Assembly (NCBI RefSeq): GCF_032191835.1
Contig: NC_083224.1
Span: 1,240,001-1,304,000, forward strand
Direction of reading: 5' to 3'
Length of the DNA: 64,000 nt
Source: Heteronotia binoei
Taxonomy: Eukaryota
Shown one piece after another: positions 42,720 to 63,200 of the stretch (the stretch's first letter is position 1; the number at the start of each line of letters is the position of its first letter). The notes under the pieces are model-generated. The model had not been told where the DNA came from. It worked only from the letters and a program-made list of their open reading frames with translations, and made no database searches. Made by a program: the position numbers and the translations under genes.

Positions 42720-43585
42720 ATCTTCAAGTCCTGGAAGGGCTGTCCTATACAGGATGGTGCGGAATTGTTTTCTGTGGCCTCAGGTCAGACCAGAACCAGC
42801 GGGCTGAAATTAAATCAAGAGTTTCCGACTCAACATGAGGAAGAACTTCCTGACCGTTAGAGCGGTTTCTCAGTGGAACAGGCTTCCTCCTCGGGAGGTA
42901 GTGGGCTCTCCTTCCCTGGAGGTTTTTCAACGGAGGCTAGATGGCCATCTGACAGCAATGAAGATCCTGTGAATGTAGGGGGAGGTGTTTGTGAGTTTCC
43001 TGCATTGTGCAGGGGGTTGGACTAGATGACCCTGGATGTCCCTTCCAACTCTAGGATTCTATGCTTTAACTGGGCTCTCCTTTCTTGGAGGTTTTTAAAC
43101 AGAGGCTAGATGGCCATCTGACAGCAATGAAGATCCTGTGGATTGAGGGGGAGGGGTTTGTGAGTTCCCTGCATTGTGCAGGGGGTTGGACTAGATGGCT
43201 CTGAAGGTCCCTTCCAACTCCTCTGTGATTCTAACAGGCTTCCTCCTTGGGAGGTAGTGGGCTCTCCTTCCCTGGAGGTTTTTAAACAGAGGCTAGATGG
43301 CCTTCTGACAGCAATGAGGATCCTGTGGATTGAGGGGGAGGTGTTTGTGAGTTTCCTGCATTGTGCAAGAGGTTGGACTAGATGACTCTGGAGGTCTCTT
43401 CCAACTCTATGGTTCCTTCCTTCCTTCCATCTTCCTCGGGAGGTGGTGAGCTCTCCTTCCTTGGAGGTTTTTAAAGAGAGGCTAGATGGCCATCTGACAG
43501 CGATGAAGATCCTGTGAATTTAGGGGGAGGTGTTTGTGAGTTTCCTGCATTGTGCAGAGAGTTGGACTAGATGACCCTGGAGGTC
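42720..43585 (+). repeat. CR1 3' end multimer, about 4 units
   Basis: Same 185-bp unit as at 39500-40650. Confidence 0.88.
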
Positions 43586-43589
43586 CCTT

Positions 43590-44110
43590 CCAACTCTATG
43601 AGTGTGGTGCAGCAGCAAAAAAGGCACACAGTCACAAGATGTCATCGTCCTGTTGTACACTGCATTGGTCAGGCCACCCCTGGAGTCTTGTGTGCAGTTC
43701 TGGAGGCCTCCCTTCAAGAAGGATGTGGCCAGAATGGAGCGGGTCCAGAGGAGAGCGATGGGTGCTCAGGGGCCTGGAGACCAAGAAGCCCATCTGAGGA
43801 AAGGCAGAGGGACCTGGGGAGGTTCTGTCTGGAGAAAAGGAGGTGTGGGGGGGGGGGGGCAGAACTGCTCTCTTGAAGTCTCTGAAGGGCTGCTGTCCCT
43901 TAGAGGAGGGCAGGGAGCTGTTCCCGTTGGCAGCAGAGGAGAGGACTCGCAATAACAGGCCTAAATTAAGAGTCGGCAGGTATCGACTGGATCTTAGGAA
44001 AAACTTTTTTTTACAGTCAGAGCTGTTCAACAGTAGAACCAGCTACTCAGGGAGCTGCGGAACTCCCCCTCCCTGGCAGTCCTCAAGCAGCAGCAGGACA
44101 AACCCATCAG
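43590..44110 (+). mobile_element. Older CR1 ORF2 fragment
   Basis: [39 protein letters not shown]. Confidence 0.8.
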
Positions 44111-44967
44111 GCGTGCTCTAGCCCAGGGCTGGCCAAACTTGCTTAAAGTAAGAGCCACGCAGAAGAAACAGATGTTTGAGAGCCTCAAGACGTGAACATC
44201 AGATGTTTGAGACCCGTAAGATAGGGAGGGAGATAAGGGGGAGACAGGTGGAAAGAAAGCAACTTTAACTCTAAATGCACTCTCCAAGCCACTGGCTGGC
44301 TTGGCGAAGTGATTTAAAGAGAGAAAGGCCTTCTCCGAGCCAGTGGGAGCTTGGAGAGCCACAAAGTATGTGTGGAAGAGCCACGTGTGGTGGGGGTTGG
44401 ACTAGATGGCCTCTCCGTCCCCTTCCTACTCTGATTCCTGCTTTACAACCACCCAAGGGAGAGCTCAAACTTTTGCCATTTCCTCTTCTTTGCGGCTGAG
44501 GGAGGACCGCTGCAAGAGCAACAAGAGGAAACCACACCCAAAGCTGCCCGGGCTCTGGCAGAATTCCCACAGCCTCCCCTCCCAGTGAATGCCCACAGAA
44601 GCAGCCTGCATGAGTGCTGGGGCTCCTGGAAACGGCTGCTCAAGCCAATGGCCCTGCCACATCCATTCTTGGGCCCCCCCGCTTCTGAAGGTCACGTTTG
44701 GGCTCTGCAAAGGGGACAAAGATGAGCTGGCAAACTTAGAGAGTGTTGCCACTCAAGTGAAGGGGAGAAAGAAGAAGACCACCGTAGATTTACAGCCCGC
44801 CCTTCTCTCTGAATCAGAGTCTCAGAGCAGCTCACGTTCTCCCTTCCTTTTCCTCCCCCACCCCACAACAGACATCCTGTGAGAAGGATGGGGCTGAAAG
44901 AGCTCTCCCAGAAGCTGCCCTTTCAAGGACAACTCCTGTGATAGCTCTGGCTGACCCAAGGCAATTC

Positions 44968-45770
44968 ATAAGAACATAAGAGAAGCCCTGTTGGATCAGG
45001 CCAGTGGCCCCTCCAGTCCAACACTCTGTGTCACATAAGAACACAAGAGAAGCCCTGTGGGATCAGGCCAATGGCCCCTCCAGTCCAACACTCTGTCACA
45101 GAAGAACATAAGAGAAGCCCTGTTGGATCAGGCCAATTGCCCATTCAGTCCAACACTCTGTGTCACATGAGAACATAAGAGAAGCCCTGTTGGATCAGGC
45201 CAATGGCCCATTCAATCCAACACTCTGTGTCATATAAGAACATAAGAGAAGCCATGTTGGATCAGGCCAGTAGCCCCTCCAGTCCAACACTCTGTGTCAC
45301 ATAAGAACATAAGAGAAGCCCTGTTGGATCAGGCCAATGGCCCATTCAATCCAACACTCTGTGTCACATAAGAGAAGCCATGTTGGATCAGGCCAGTGGC
45401 ACATTCAGTCCAACACTCTGGGTCACACAGTGGCCAAAAAATTTATACACACACACACAGTGGCTAATAGCCACTGATGGACCTCTGCTCCATATTTTTA
45501 TCCAATCCCCTCTTAAAGCTGGCTATGCTTGTAGCCGCCACATGTTAATCCCCCTTTGGGTGAAGAAGTGCTTCCTTTTATCCGTTTTAACCTGGCTGCT
45601 CAGCAATTTCATTGAATGCCCACGAGTTCTTGTATTGTGAGAAAGGGAGAAAAGTACTTCTTTCTCTACTTTCTCCATCCCATGCATTATCTTGTAAACC
45701 TCTATCAAGTCACCCTGCAGTTGACGTTTCTCCAAGCTAAAGAGTCCCAAGCGTTTTAACCTTCCTTCAT
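44968..45770 (-). mobile_element. 5'-truncated CR1 with about 7 x 67-bp 3'-end units, inserted into a CORE-SINE
   Basis: LGLFSLEKRQLQGDLIEVYKIMHGMEKVEKEVLFSLSHNTRTRGH...; SINE halves at about 44780-44965 and 45772-45857. Confidence 0.88.
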
Positions 45771-46101
45771 AGGGAGGTGCAACTGGAGTGGAGAATCAAA
45801 CCCAGTTCTCCCACATAAGAGTCCACTCACTTAACCGCTACCCCAAACTGGCTCTCACCTGAGCAGGCTCAGGTGTCTTGCAAACTATCGGAGAAGCCCC
45901 TACGTGTGAATTCTAAGTCTGCAGACATTTCATATTCTCCTGCAGCAGCTCCAACTTTACACCTACAGAATTCTGATGAAGGAGAAGGTCACAGGAGGGA
46001 GGTGGGAATCTCTCCTGCACTCCTCTTTCCGGGTTCCAGAACAAGGACGACGGCGCACAAAAGGGGAAAAAGCCCTCACGGTAGAAAACACAGCACACAC
46101 A

Positions 46102-46107
46102 TTTATT
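46102..46107 (-). terminator. UBE2C: UBE2C polyadenylation signal
   Basis: AATAAA about 135 nt after TGA. Confidence 0.75.
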
Positions 46108-46241
46108 TATACATTAAGACAAAATGCCAAATAAAATTAAAAACAACTTATGATACAACCTGGCATTCATAGTCAGCGCATAGAGGGACAGGAGAAAGAA
46201 GCCGCCGCCACCGCCGGGGTGGAGAGAGAGAGAGGCCGCAG

Positions 46242-54593
<8,352 letters not shown>

Positions 54594-55012
54594 CGCGCTG
54601 CTCTCCTCCTCCTCCCGCTGCAGCAGCTGCCCGCGTTTGAATGTTGCAAAGCTCCTGCTCCGCAGCCAATGGGCGCCCGCCTCGCTTTCGACCGGCCCAA
54701 TGGGAGCGCGCGGCGTCGCGGCCCCCACGCGAAACGGACCCCGGCCGCGCCGTCATTGGCCGGCGGGAGAACGCTGAGGGCTCCCATTGGCCGGTGGCGT
54801 TCGGAGGGTGCCCCCGCGAGAACCAATGAGGCTCGCCTTCCGAGCCCCGCAGGGAGCGTGGGGGAGCATTCACACGTGACGCCGAGCTCTCCCGTTCACT
54901 CCTATGGAGAAGCTTCCAGGGAACACGTCACATCTGTCCAGTTTTATTAGTATTACTATTACTTACTTTTCGAAGGCATTAATTTCAAAATAGAGATACA
55001 CAATCATTAGCC

Positions 55013-58000
55013 ATAAGAACATAAGAGAAGCCCTGTTGGAACAGGCCAGTGGCCCCTCCAGTCCAACACTCTGTGTCACATAAGAACATAAGAGAAGCCC
55101 TGTTGGATCAGGCCAGTGGCCCATCCAGTCCAACACTCTGTGTCACATAAGAACATAAGAGAAGCCCTGTTGGATCAGGCCAGTGGCCCCTCCAGTCCAA
55201 CACTCTGTGTCACATAAGAACAGAAGAGAAGCCCTGTTGGATCAGGCCAGTGGCCCCTCCAGTCCAACACTCTGTGTCACATAAAAACATAAGAGAAGCC
55301 CTGTTGGATCAGGCCAGTGGCCCCTCCAGTCCAACACTCTGTGTCACATAAGAACAGAAGAGAAGCCCTGTTGGATCAGGCCAGTGGCCCCTCCAGTCCA
55401 ACACTCTGTGTCACATAAGAACATAAGAGAAGCCCTGTTGGATCAGGCCAGTGGCCCCTCCAGTCCAACACTCTGTGTCACATAAGAACATAAGAGAAGC
55501 CCTGTTGGATCAGGCCAGTGGTCCCTCCAGTCCAACACTCTGTGTCACATAAGAACATAAGAGAAGCCCTGTTGGATCAGGCCAGTGGTCCCTCCAGTCC
55601 AACACTCTGTGTCACATAAGAACATAAGAGAAGCCCTGTTGGATCAGGCCAGTGGCCCCTCCAGTCCAACACTCTGTGTCACATAAGAACATAAGAGAAG
55701 CCCTGTTGGATCAGGCCAGTGGCCCCTCCAGTCCAACACTCTGTGTCACATAAGAACATCAGAGAAGCCCTGTTGGATCAGGACAATGGCCCCTCCAGTC
55801 CAACACTCTGTGTCACATAAGCACATAAGAGAAGCCCTGTTGGATCAGGCCAGTGGCCCCTCCAGTCCAACACTCTGTGTCACATAAGAACATAAGAGAA
55901 GCCCTGTTGGATCAGGCCAGTGGCCCCTCCAGTCCAACACTCTGTGTCACATAAGAACATAAGAGAAGCCCTGTTGGATCAGGCCAGTGGTCCCTCCAGT
56001 CCAACACTCTGTGTCACATAAGAACATAAGAGAAGCCCTGTTGGATCAGGCCAGTGGTCCCTCCAGTCCAACACTCTGCGTCACATAAGAACATAAGAGA
56101 AGCCCTGTTGGATCAGGCCACTGGCCCCTCCAGTCCAACACTCTGTGTCACATAAGAACATAAGAGAAGCCCTGTTGGATCAGGCCAATGGCCCCTCCAG
56201 TCCAACACTCTGTGTCCCATAAGAACAGAAGAGAAGCCCTGTTGGATCAGGCCAGTGGCCCATTCAGTCCAACACTCTGTGTCACATAAGAACATAAGAG
56301 AACCCCGGTTGGATCAGGCCAGTGGCCCCTCCAGTCCAACACTCTGTGTCACATAAGACCATAAGAGAAGCCCTGTTGGATCAGGCCAGTGGCCCCTCCA
56401 GTCCAGCACTCTGTGTCACATAAGACCATAAGAGAAGCCCTGTTGGATCAGGCCAGTGGCCCCTCCAGTCCAACACTCTGTGTCACATAAGAACAGAAGA
56501 GAAGCCCTGTTGGATCAGGCCAGTGGCCCATCCAGTCCAACACTCTGTGTCACATAAGAACATAAGAGAAGCCCTGTTGGATCAGGCCAGTGGCCCATCC
56601 AGTCCAACACTCAGTGTCACATAAGAACATAAGAGAAGCCCTGTTGGATCAGGCCAGTGGCCCCTCCAGTCCAGCACTCTGTGTCACATAAGAACATAAG
56701 AGAAGCCCTGGTGGATCAGGCCAGTGGCCCCTCTAGTCCAACACTCTGTGTCACAGAAGAGCATAAGAGAAGCCCTGGTGGATCAGGCCAATGGTCATCC
56801 AGTCCAACACTCTGTGTCACAGAAGAACATAAGAGAAGCCCTGGTGGATCAGGCCAGTGGCCCCTCCAGTCCAACACTCTGTGTCACAGAAGAACATAAG
56901 AGAAGCCCTGGTGGATCAGGCCAGTGGCCCCTCCAGTCCAACACTCTGTGTCACAGAAGAACATAAGAGAAGCCCTGGTGGATCAGGCCAGTGGCCCCTC
57001 CAGTCCAACACTCTGTGTCACATAAGAACATAAGAGAAGCCCTGGTGGATCAGGCCAGTGGCCCCTCCAGTCCAACACTCTGTGTCACAGAAGAACATAA
57101 GAGAAGCCCTGTTGGATCAGGCCAGTGGTCCCTCCAGTCCAACACTCTGTGTCACATAAGAACATAAGAGAAGCCCTGTTGGATCAGGCCAGTGGCCCCT
57201 CCAGTCCAACACTCTGTGTCACATAAGAACATAAGAGAAGCCCTGTTGGATCAGGCCAGTGGCCCCTCCAGTCCAACACTCTGTGTCACATAAGAACATC
57301 AGAGAAGCCCTGTTGGATCAGGACAATGGCCCCTCCAGTCCAACACTCTGTGTCACATAAGCACATAAGAGAAGCCCTGTTGGATCAGGCCAGTGGCCCC
57401 TCCAGTCCAACACTCTGTGTCACATAAGAACATAAGAGAAGCCCTGTTGGATCAGGCCAGTGGCCCCTCCAGTCCAACACTCTGTGTCACATAAGAACAT
57501 AAGAGAAGCCCTGTTGGATCAGGCCAGTGGTCCCTCCAGTCCAACACTCTGTGTCACATAAGAACATAAGAGAAGCCCTGTTGGATCAGGCCAGTGGTCC
57601 CTCCAGTCCAACACTCTGCGTCACATAAGAACATAAGAGAAGCCCTGTTGGATCAGGCCACTGGCCCCTCCAGTCCAACACTCTGTGTCACATAAGAACA
57701 TAAGAGAAGCCCTGTTGGATCAGGCCAATGGCCCCTCCAGTCCAACACTCTGTGTCCCATAAGAACAGAAGAGAAGCCCTGTTGGATCAGGCCAGTGGCC
57801 CATTCAGTCCAACACTCTGTGTCACATAAGAACATAAGAGAACCCCGGTTGGATCAGGCCAGTGGCCCCTCCAGTCCAACACTCTGTGTCACATAAGACC
57901 ATAAGAGAAGCCCTGTTGGATCAGGCCAGTGGCCCCTCCAGTCCAGCACTCTGTGTCACATAAGACCATAAGAGAAGCCCTGTTGGATCAGGCCAGTGGC

Positions 58001-59080
58001 CCCTCCAGTCCAACACTCTGTGTCACATAAGAACAGAAGAGAAGCCCTGTTGGATCAGGCCAGTGGCCCATCCAGTCCAACACTCTGTGTCACATAAGAA
58101 CATAAGAGAAGCCCTGTTGGATCAGGCCAGTGGCCCATCCAGTCCAACACTCAGTGTCACATAAGAACATAAGAGAAGCCCTGTTGGATCAGGCCAGTGG
58201 CCCCTCCAGTCCAGCACTCTGTGTCACATAAGAACATAAGAGAAGCCCTGGTGGATCAGGCCAGTGGCCCCTCTAGTCCAACACTCTGTGTCACAGAAGA
58301 GCATAAGAGAAGCCCTGGTGGATCAGGCCAATGGTCATCCAGTCCAACACTCTGTGTCACAGAAGAACATAAGAGAAGCCCTGGTGGATCAGGCCAGTGG
58401 CCCCTCTAGTCCAACACTCTGTGTCACAGAAGAACATAAGAGAAGCCCTGGTGGATCAGGCCAGTGGCCCCTCCAGTCCAACACTCTGTGTCACAGAAGA
58501 ACATAAGAGAAGCCCTGGTGGATCAGGCCAGTGGCCCCTCCAGTCCAACACTCTGTGTCACATAAGAACATAAGAGAAGCCCTTTTGGATCAGGCCAATG
58601 GCCCCTCCAGTCCAACACTCTGTGTCACATAAGAACATAAGAGAAGCCCTGTTGGATCAGGCCAGTGGCCCCTCCAGTCCAGCACTCTGTGTCACATAAG
58701 AACATAAGAGAAGCCCTGTTGGATCAGGCCAGTGGCCCCTCCAGTCCAGCACTCTGTGTCACATAAGAACATAAGAGAAGCCCTGTGAGATCAGGCCAAT
58801 GGCCCATCCAGTCCAACACTTTGTGTCACATAAGAACGTAAGAGAAGCCCTGTTGGATCAGGCCAGTGGCCCATCCAGTCCAACACTCTGTGTCACATAA
58901 GAGAAGCCCTGTTGGATCAGGCCAATGGTCCACTCAGTCCAACACTATGTGTCACATAAGAACATAAGAGAAGCCCTGTTGGATCAGGCCAATGGCCCAT
59001 CCAGTCCAACACTCTGGGTCACATAAGAGAAGCCCTGTTGGATCAGGCCAATGGCCAATCCAGTCCAACACTCTGTGTCA
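55013..59080 (-). repeat. 67-bp CR1 3'-end satellite, about 60 copies, with a 1540-bp higher-order duplication
   Basis: Unit ATAAGAACATAAGAGAAGCCCTGTTGGATCAGGCCAGTGGCCCCTCCAGTCCAACACTCTGTGTCAC. Confidence 0.97.
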
Positions 59081-59765
59081 CACAGTGACCAAGAAACCCA
59101 GGTGCCATCAGGAGAGCCATCAGTGGGGCCAGGACACCAGAAGCCCTCCCACTGTGCCCCCCTCCCAAGCATCAAGAATACAGAGCATCACTGCCCCAGA
59201 CAGAGAGTTCCATCAATACACTGTGGCTAATAGCCACTGATGGACTTCTGCTCCATATAAGAATATAAGAGAAGCCATGTTGGATTAGGCCAATGGCCCA
59301 TCCAGTCCAACTGTCTGTGTCACACAGTGGTCAAAAACCGAGGTGCCATCAGGAGGTCCATCATTGGGGCTAGAAGCCCTCCCACTGTGCCCCCCCTAAA
59401 GCACCAAGAATACAGAGCATCACTGCCCCAGACATAAGAACACAAGAGAAGTCCTGTTGGATCAGGCCCATGGCCCATCCAGTCCAACAATCTGTGTCAC
59501 ACAGTGGCCAAAAAACCCAAATGGCATCAGGAGGTCCATCATTGGGACTAGAAGCCCTCCCATTGTGCCCTCCCCCCAAGCACCATGAATACAGAGCATC
59601 CCTGCTCCAGACACAGAGTTTCATCAATACGCTGTGGCTAATAGCCACTGATGGACCTCTGCTCCATATTTTTATCTCACCCCCTCTTAAAGCTGCCTAT
59701 GCTTGTAGCCGCCACCACCTGTGGCAGTGAATTCCATGTGTGAATCACCCTTTGGGTGAAGGACT
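59080..59765 (-). mobile_element. Stacked 5'-truncated CR1 3' ends of different lengths
   Basis: Three head-to-tail 3' UTR copies, the last reaching ORF2-end sequence (CCCTTTGGGTGAAG). Confidence 0.8.
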
Positions 59766-60008
59766 CCTTCACTCTGGGGGGCAGCCTGTGAGGAAGTCCA
59801 GCTCCCCCAAGAAGGAAGAGGGCTACATTTCCATGGGGCAGCTACAGGTGTTTGTTTCCTGCAGAGACAAGACACGCAAGTTCTCTCACCCCACCCGCAG
59901 CACAGCCAAGAGGCCGCTGAACACCCATCCAGAGACTTCCCTTCCCCTCCCACCCAAAAAGACACAGAAGGTACCAGTTCAAGCAGAGGTGATTTTCAAG
60001 TAGAATAG

Positions 60009-60014
60009 TTTATT
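60009..60014 (-). terminator. DNTTIP1: DNTTIP1 polyadenylation signal
   Basis: AATAAA about 120 nt after TAG. Confidence 0.75.
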
Positions 60015-60135
60015 CAGAACCTGATTCTTACAGTAACAGTCAGAGACGCAGCTGAATCTTGCATTCTCCCCCCACCCCCCCAAAAAACCACCTCAAGCAG
60101 GCCAAAGGCCGGAAGAAGTCCAGTGCAGCCCCCAC

Positions 60136-60280
60136 CTAGGGGTCAGGAGGCCCCTCTGCTGCTGGAGGCAGCTGCTCTCCTTCGCTGCGGAGTTGCTCCA
60201 TGTACTTCCGCATCTTGGCCGTCATCCACGGCGGGGGGACAAAGGGCTTCAGCTCCTCCAGCTTCAAGTCAAGAGACCCC
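60136..60280 (-). CDS. DNTTIP1: DNTTIP1 last coding exon
   Basis: GSLDLKLEELKPFVPPPWMTAKMRKYMEQLRSE...PPDP TAG. Confidence 0.94.
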
Positions 60281-63200
60281 CTAGGGAGAGTTACGGAAGG
60301 GGGGAAGCAGCTCTCCTTGGAGCAACACGCTTGGAGGAAACCTCCTTGCAGCCTCGAAGGGGACTCTCCCGCTGCCTCCTCTGAGCTCTGCCCCCCCCCC
60401 CCCAGCCCTCCTGCCCGAGGCCCGTCTCTCACCTGTACTCATCGCTGGCCACCAGATCCTGGATATCCTCTTCTAACAGAAGATAAGCCTAGGAGAGAAG
60501 AGAGGCACAAGGACCTGAGGCACCAGAAGAGCTGTTTTGCCCTCCTGCGCTAGAAGGCCACTGTGGAGAGCCAGTGTGGCCTAGTGGTTAGAGAGCGGGA
60601 CAAGCAGCTGGGAGATCCAGGCTTGAATCCCCTCTCTGCTCACCGGGTGACCCTGGGCCAGTCACGCACACATACTTTACAGAGGTGTGAGGATAAAATG
60701 GACAAGAGGAGAACGGACGCCCTTTACGGCCAGGGGCCTGCAGAACTTTGGGATCGCCTCTCGCCATATGAACTCCCCCCCCCCCGGGCTCTGAGGTCTG
60801 CTGCTCAACATCTCCTCTTAGTCCCTGCTCCTAAGGACGCCTGGCTGGCTTCAACGAGGGACAGGGCCTTTTCGGTCCAGGCCCCTACCTGGTGGAATGA
60901 GCTCCTGCTGGAGATCCGGGCCCTGCGGGACTTATCCAGGTTTCGCAGGGCCTGTAAGACGGAGTTCTTCCGCCAGCCTTTTAAATGATCCAGTGGGCGT
61001 CCTTGAAAGTCATCCCTTCCCTCAGCATTTCCCCACTGTGGTGTTCTGCTATGCAACTAGCCATCGGCTGCATGCGGTTTACCGCCTATGTCTAAAAGAT
61101 TGTTTCCTCTGCTGCTCCTGCTTGGTCACGTCTGTTTTTATGACATTATTTAAACCCTGTTGTTTTATTGTTGTAAGCTGCCCTGAGCCCGCTTGCGGGA
61201 GAGAAATCGAAAAATTAAATTAAATTAAAGCCATTCTGGAGATAGAAATGAAGTAAGCAAATAGATTCCTCTTGCCCAGGAAGGGAAGCGACTGTCAGAG
61301 ACCCATCAGGACTCTTCCTGAAAGAGCCCCAACCACCTCCGCCCCCTGCAAAGCTGGATTCCTGCCCCAGCTCCAGCGCACTCACCATCTTCCCTCCGGT
61401 GGCCCTCATATGCTGCTGCTCCGCCAGCCAGTGCTTGTCTTGAGGGTCGGCTGCGTACTGCAGAGAGGGGGCATGGTTAAAAAACGTCCGCTGCTGGTTC
61501 TCGGGCCCCAGCAGCCCCACAAGGGGCTCCTGCCCAAAGACCATGCAAAGCTGCACGTGGCCCCCTGGCAGGCTGCTGCGCAATCCTTCCCTCCCATCCT
61601 TCCCTTTGCAAACGGGGTCTGAGCAGGGGGGCCGCAAGGAAGGGGTCTCCTTTGCCAGCAAGAAGGCAGCACGAAGCCACTGAAACTGAGGAGGCGAGGC
61701 CACACCACCCCGCTCCAAGTTCACAAGGACATCGGAAAATGGCCCCTCCAGTCCAACACTCTGTGTCACACAGTGGCCAAAACCCAGGGGCCATCAGGAG
61801 GGCCATCAGTGGGGCCAGGACACTAGAAGCCATCCCACTGTTGCCCCCCCCCCCCCAAGCACCAAGAATTCAGAGCATTCCTGCCCCAGAAATAAGAACA
61901 TAAGAGAAGCCCTGTTGGATCAGGCCAATGGCCCCTTCAGTCCAACACTCTGTGTCACATAAGAACATAAGAGAAGCCCTGTTGGATCAGGCCAATGGCC
62001 CCTTCAGTCCAACACTCTGTGTCACACAGTGGCCAAAACCCAGGGGCCATCAGGAGGTCCATCAGTGGGGCCAGGACACTAGAAGCCATCCCACTGTTGC
62101 TCCCCCCAAGCACCAAGAATTCAGAGCATCCCTGCCCCAGAAATAAGAACATAAGAGAAGCCCTGTTGGATCAGGCCAATGGCCCATCCAGTCCAACACT
62201 CTGTGTCACACAGTGACCGATATATGTGTGTGTGTGTGTATATATGTATGTATACACACACACACTGTGGCTAATAGCCACTGATGGACTTCTGCTCCAT
62301 ATTATTATCCAATCCCCTCTTGAAACTGGCTATGCTTGTAGCCGCCACCACCTCCTGTGGCAGTGAATTCCACATGTTAATCACCCTTTGGGTGAAGGAC
62401 TTCCTTTTATCCATTTTAACCTGTTTTAATCAGTTCAGAATTTGAAAATGAGCATGCACAAGTGATAAGCAGACTGCTGTATAAGGAATTTGGATCAGCT
62501 TATGAAAAAGCTGGAAACAGTGAAACATGATGAGAAGCTGGCAATCACGTGAAGGTGATTTTTTCCCTTTAGAGCCAATATCTGGGGCTGGAGTCTGTAC
62601 TTCAAAAAGAATCTGGAGTGAAACCCCCATTGGAGACTGAAAAGTTTCTTCAGAGTCGCCCAGTGGAATGGACTATTGATAAAGGGACTTTCTTTTTCAC
62701 TTTTTGATATTTCTGTATGAATTCATTTGCTGTTGAAGCATCTATGAAATGAAAAGCAATTTTCCATATTCTAGCAAGGGATTTATTCTTAACACAGTTG
62801 TTCTTTGGTAGCATATCGGTACTGTGTTGCCACTGTGTTGTTCTTTTTTCTTCTCTTCTCAACACTTGAGTGACAGAAGACAGCGATTGAGGAGGGACAC
62901 AGCCAGCACCAGTGTCTCGATGGGCCGGGCCAGGCCAGCCAGCCTTTGGGGCCAAGGTGCTCTCTGCAGCTGCCCTGCTCTGGGCCACGTGGGAGGGGTT
63001 TGTGTGGCTTGGGGGCAGAGCACCTGCTTGGCATACAGAAGATCCACACTTTGGTCCCTTAGCATCTCCAGCTACAAGGATCAGGGTGTGTTACAGCTGG
63101 AGAGCTGCTGCCAGTCTGAGTAGACCATGCTGAGCTGGATGGAACCAGGGTGTGAGTCATTCTAAGGCAACGTCAAGGGTCCGGGTGTGTCCAGCTACCT

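Noticed and set aside
55013-59080. CRISPR-like appearance of the 67-bp and 79-bp arrays
   Set aside because: No unique spacers; whole units repeat, they derive from CR1 or SINE sequence, the genome is a vertebrate one, and there are no cas genes.
62425-62860. AT-rich island in a DNTTIP1 intron, vaguely like an L1 ORF2 end
   Set aside because: Multiple stops in all frames and no motif I can firmly assign; needs a Dfam search.
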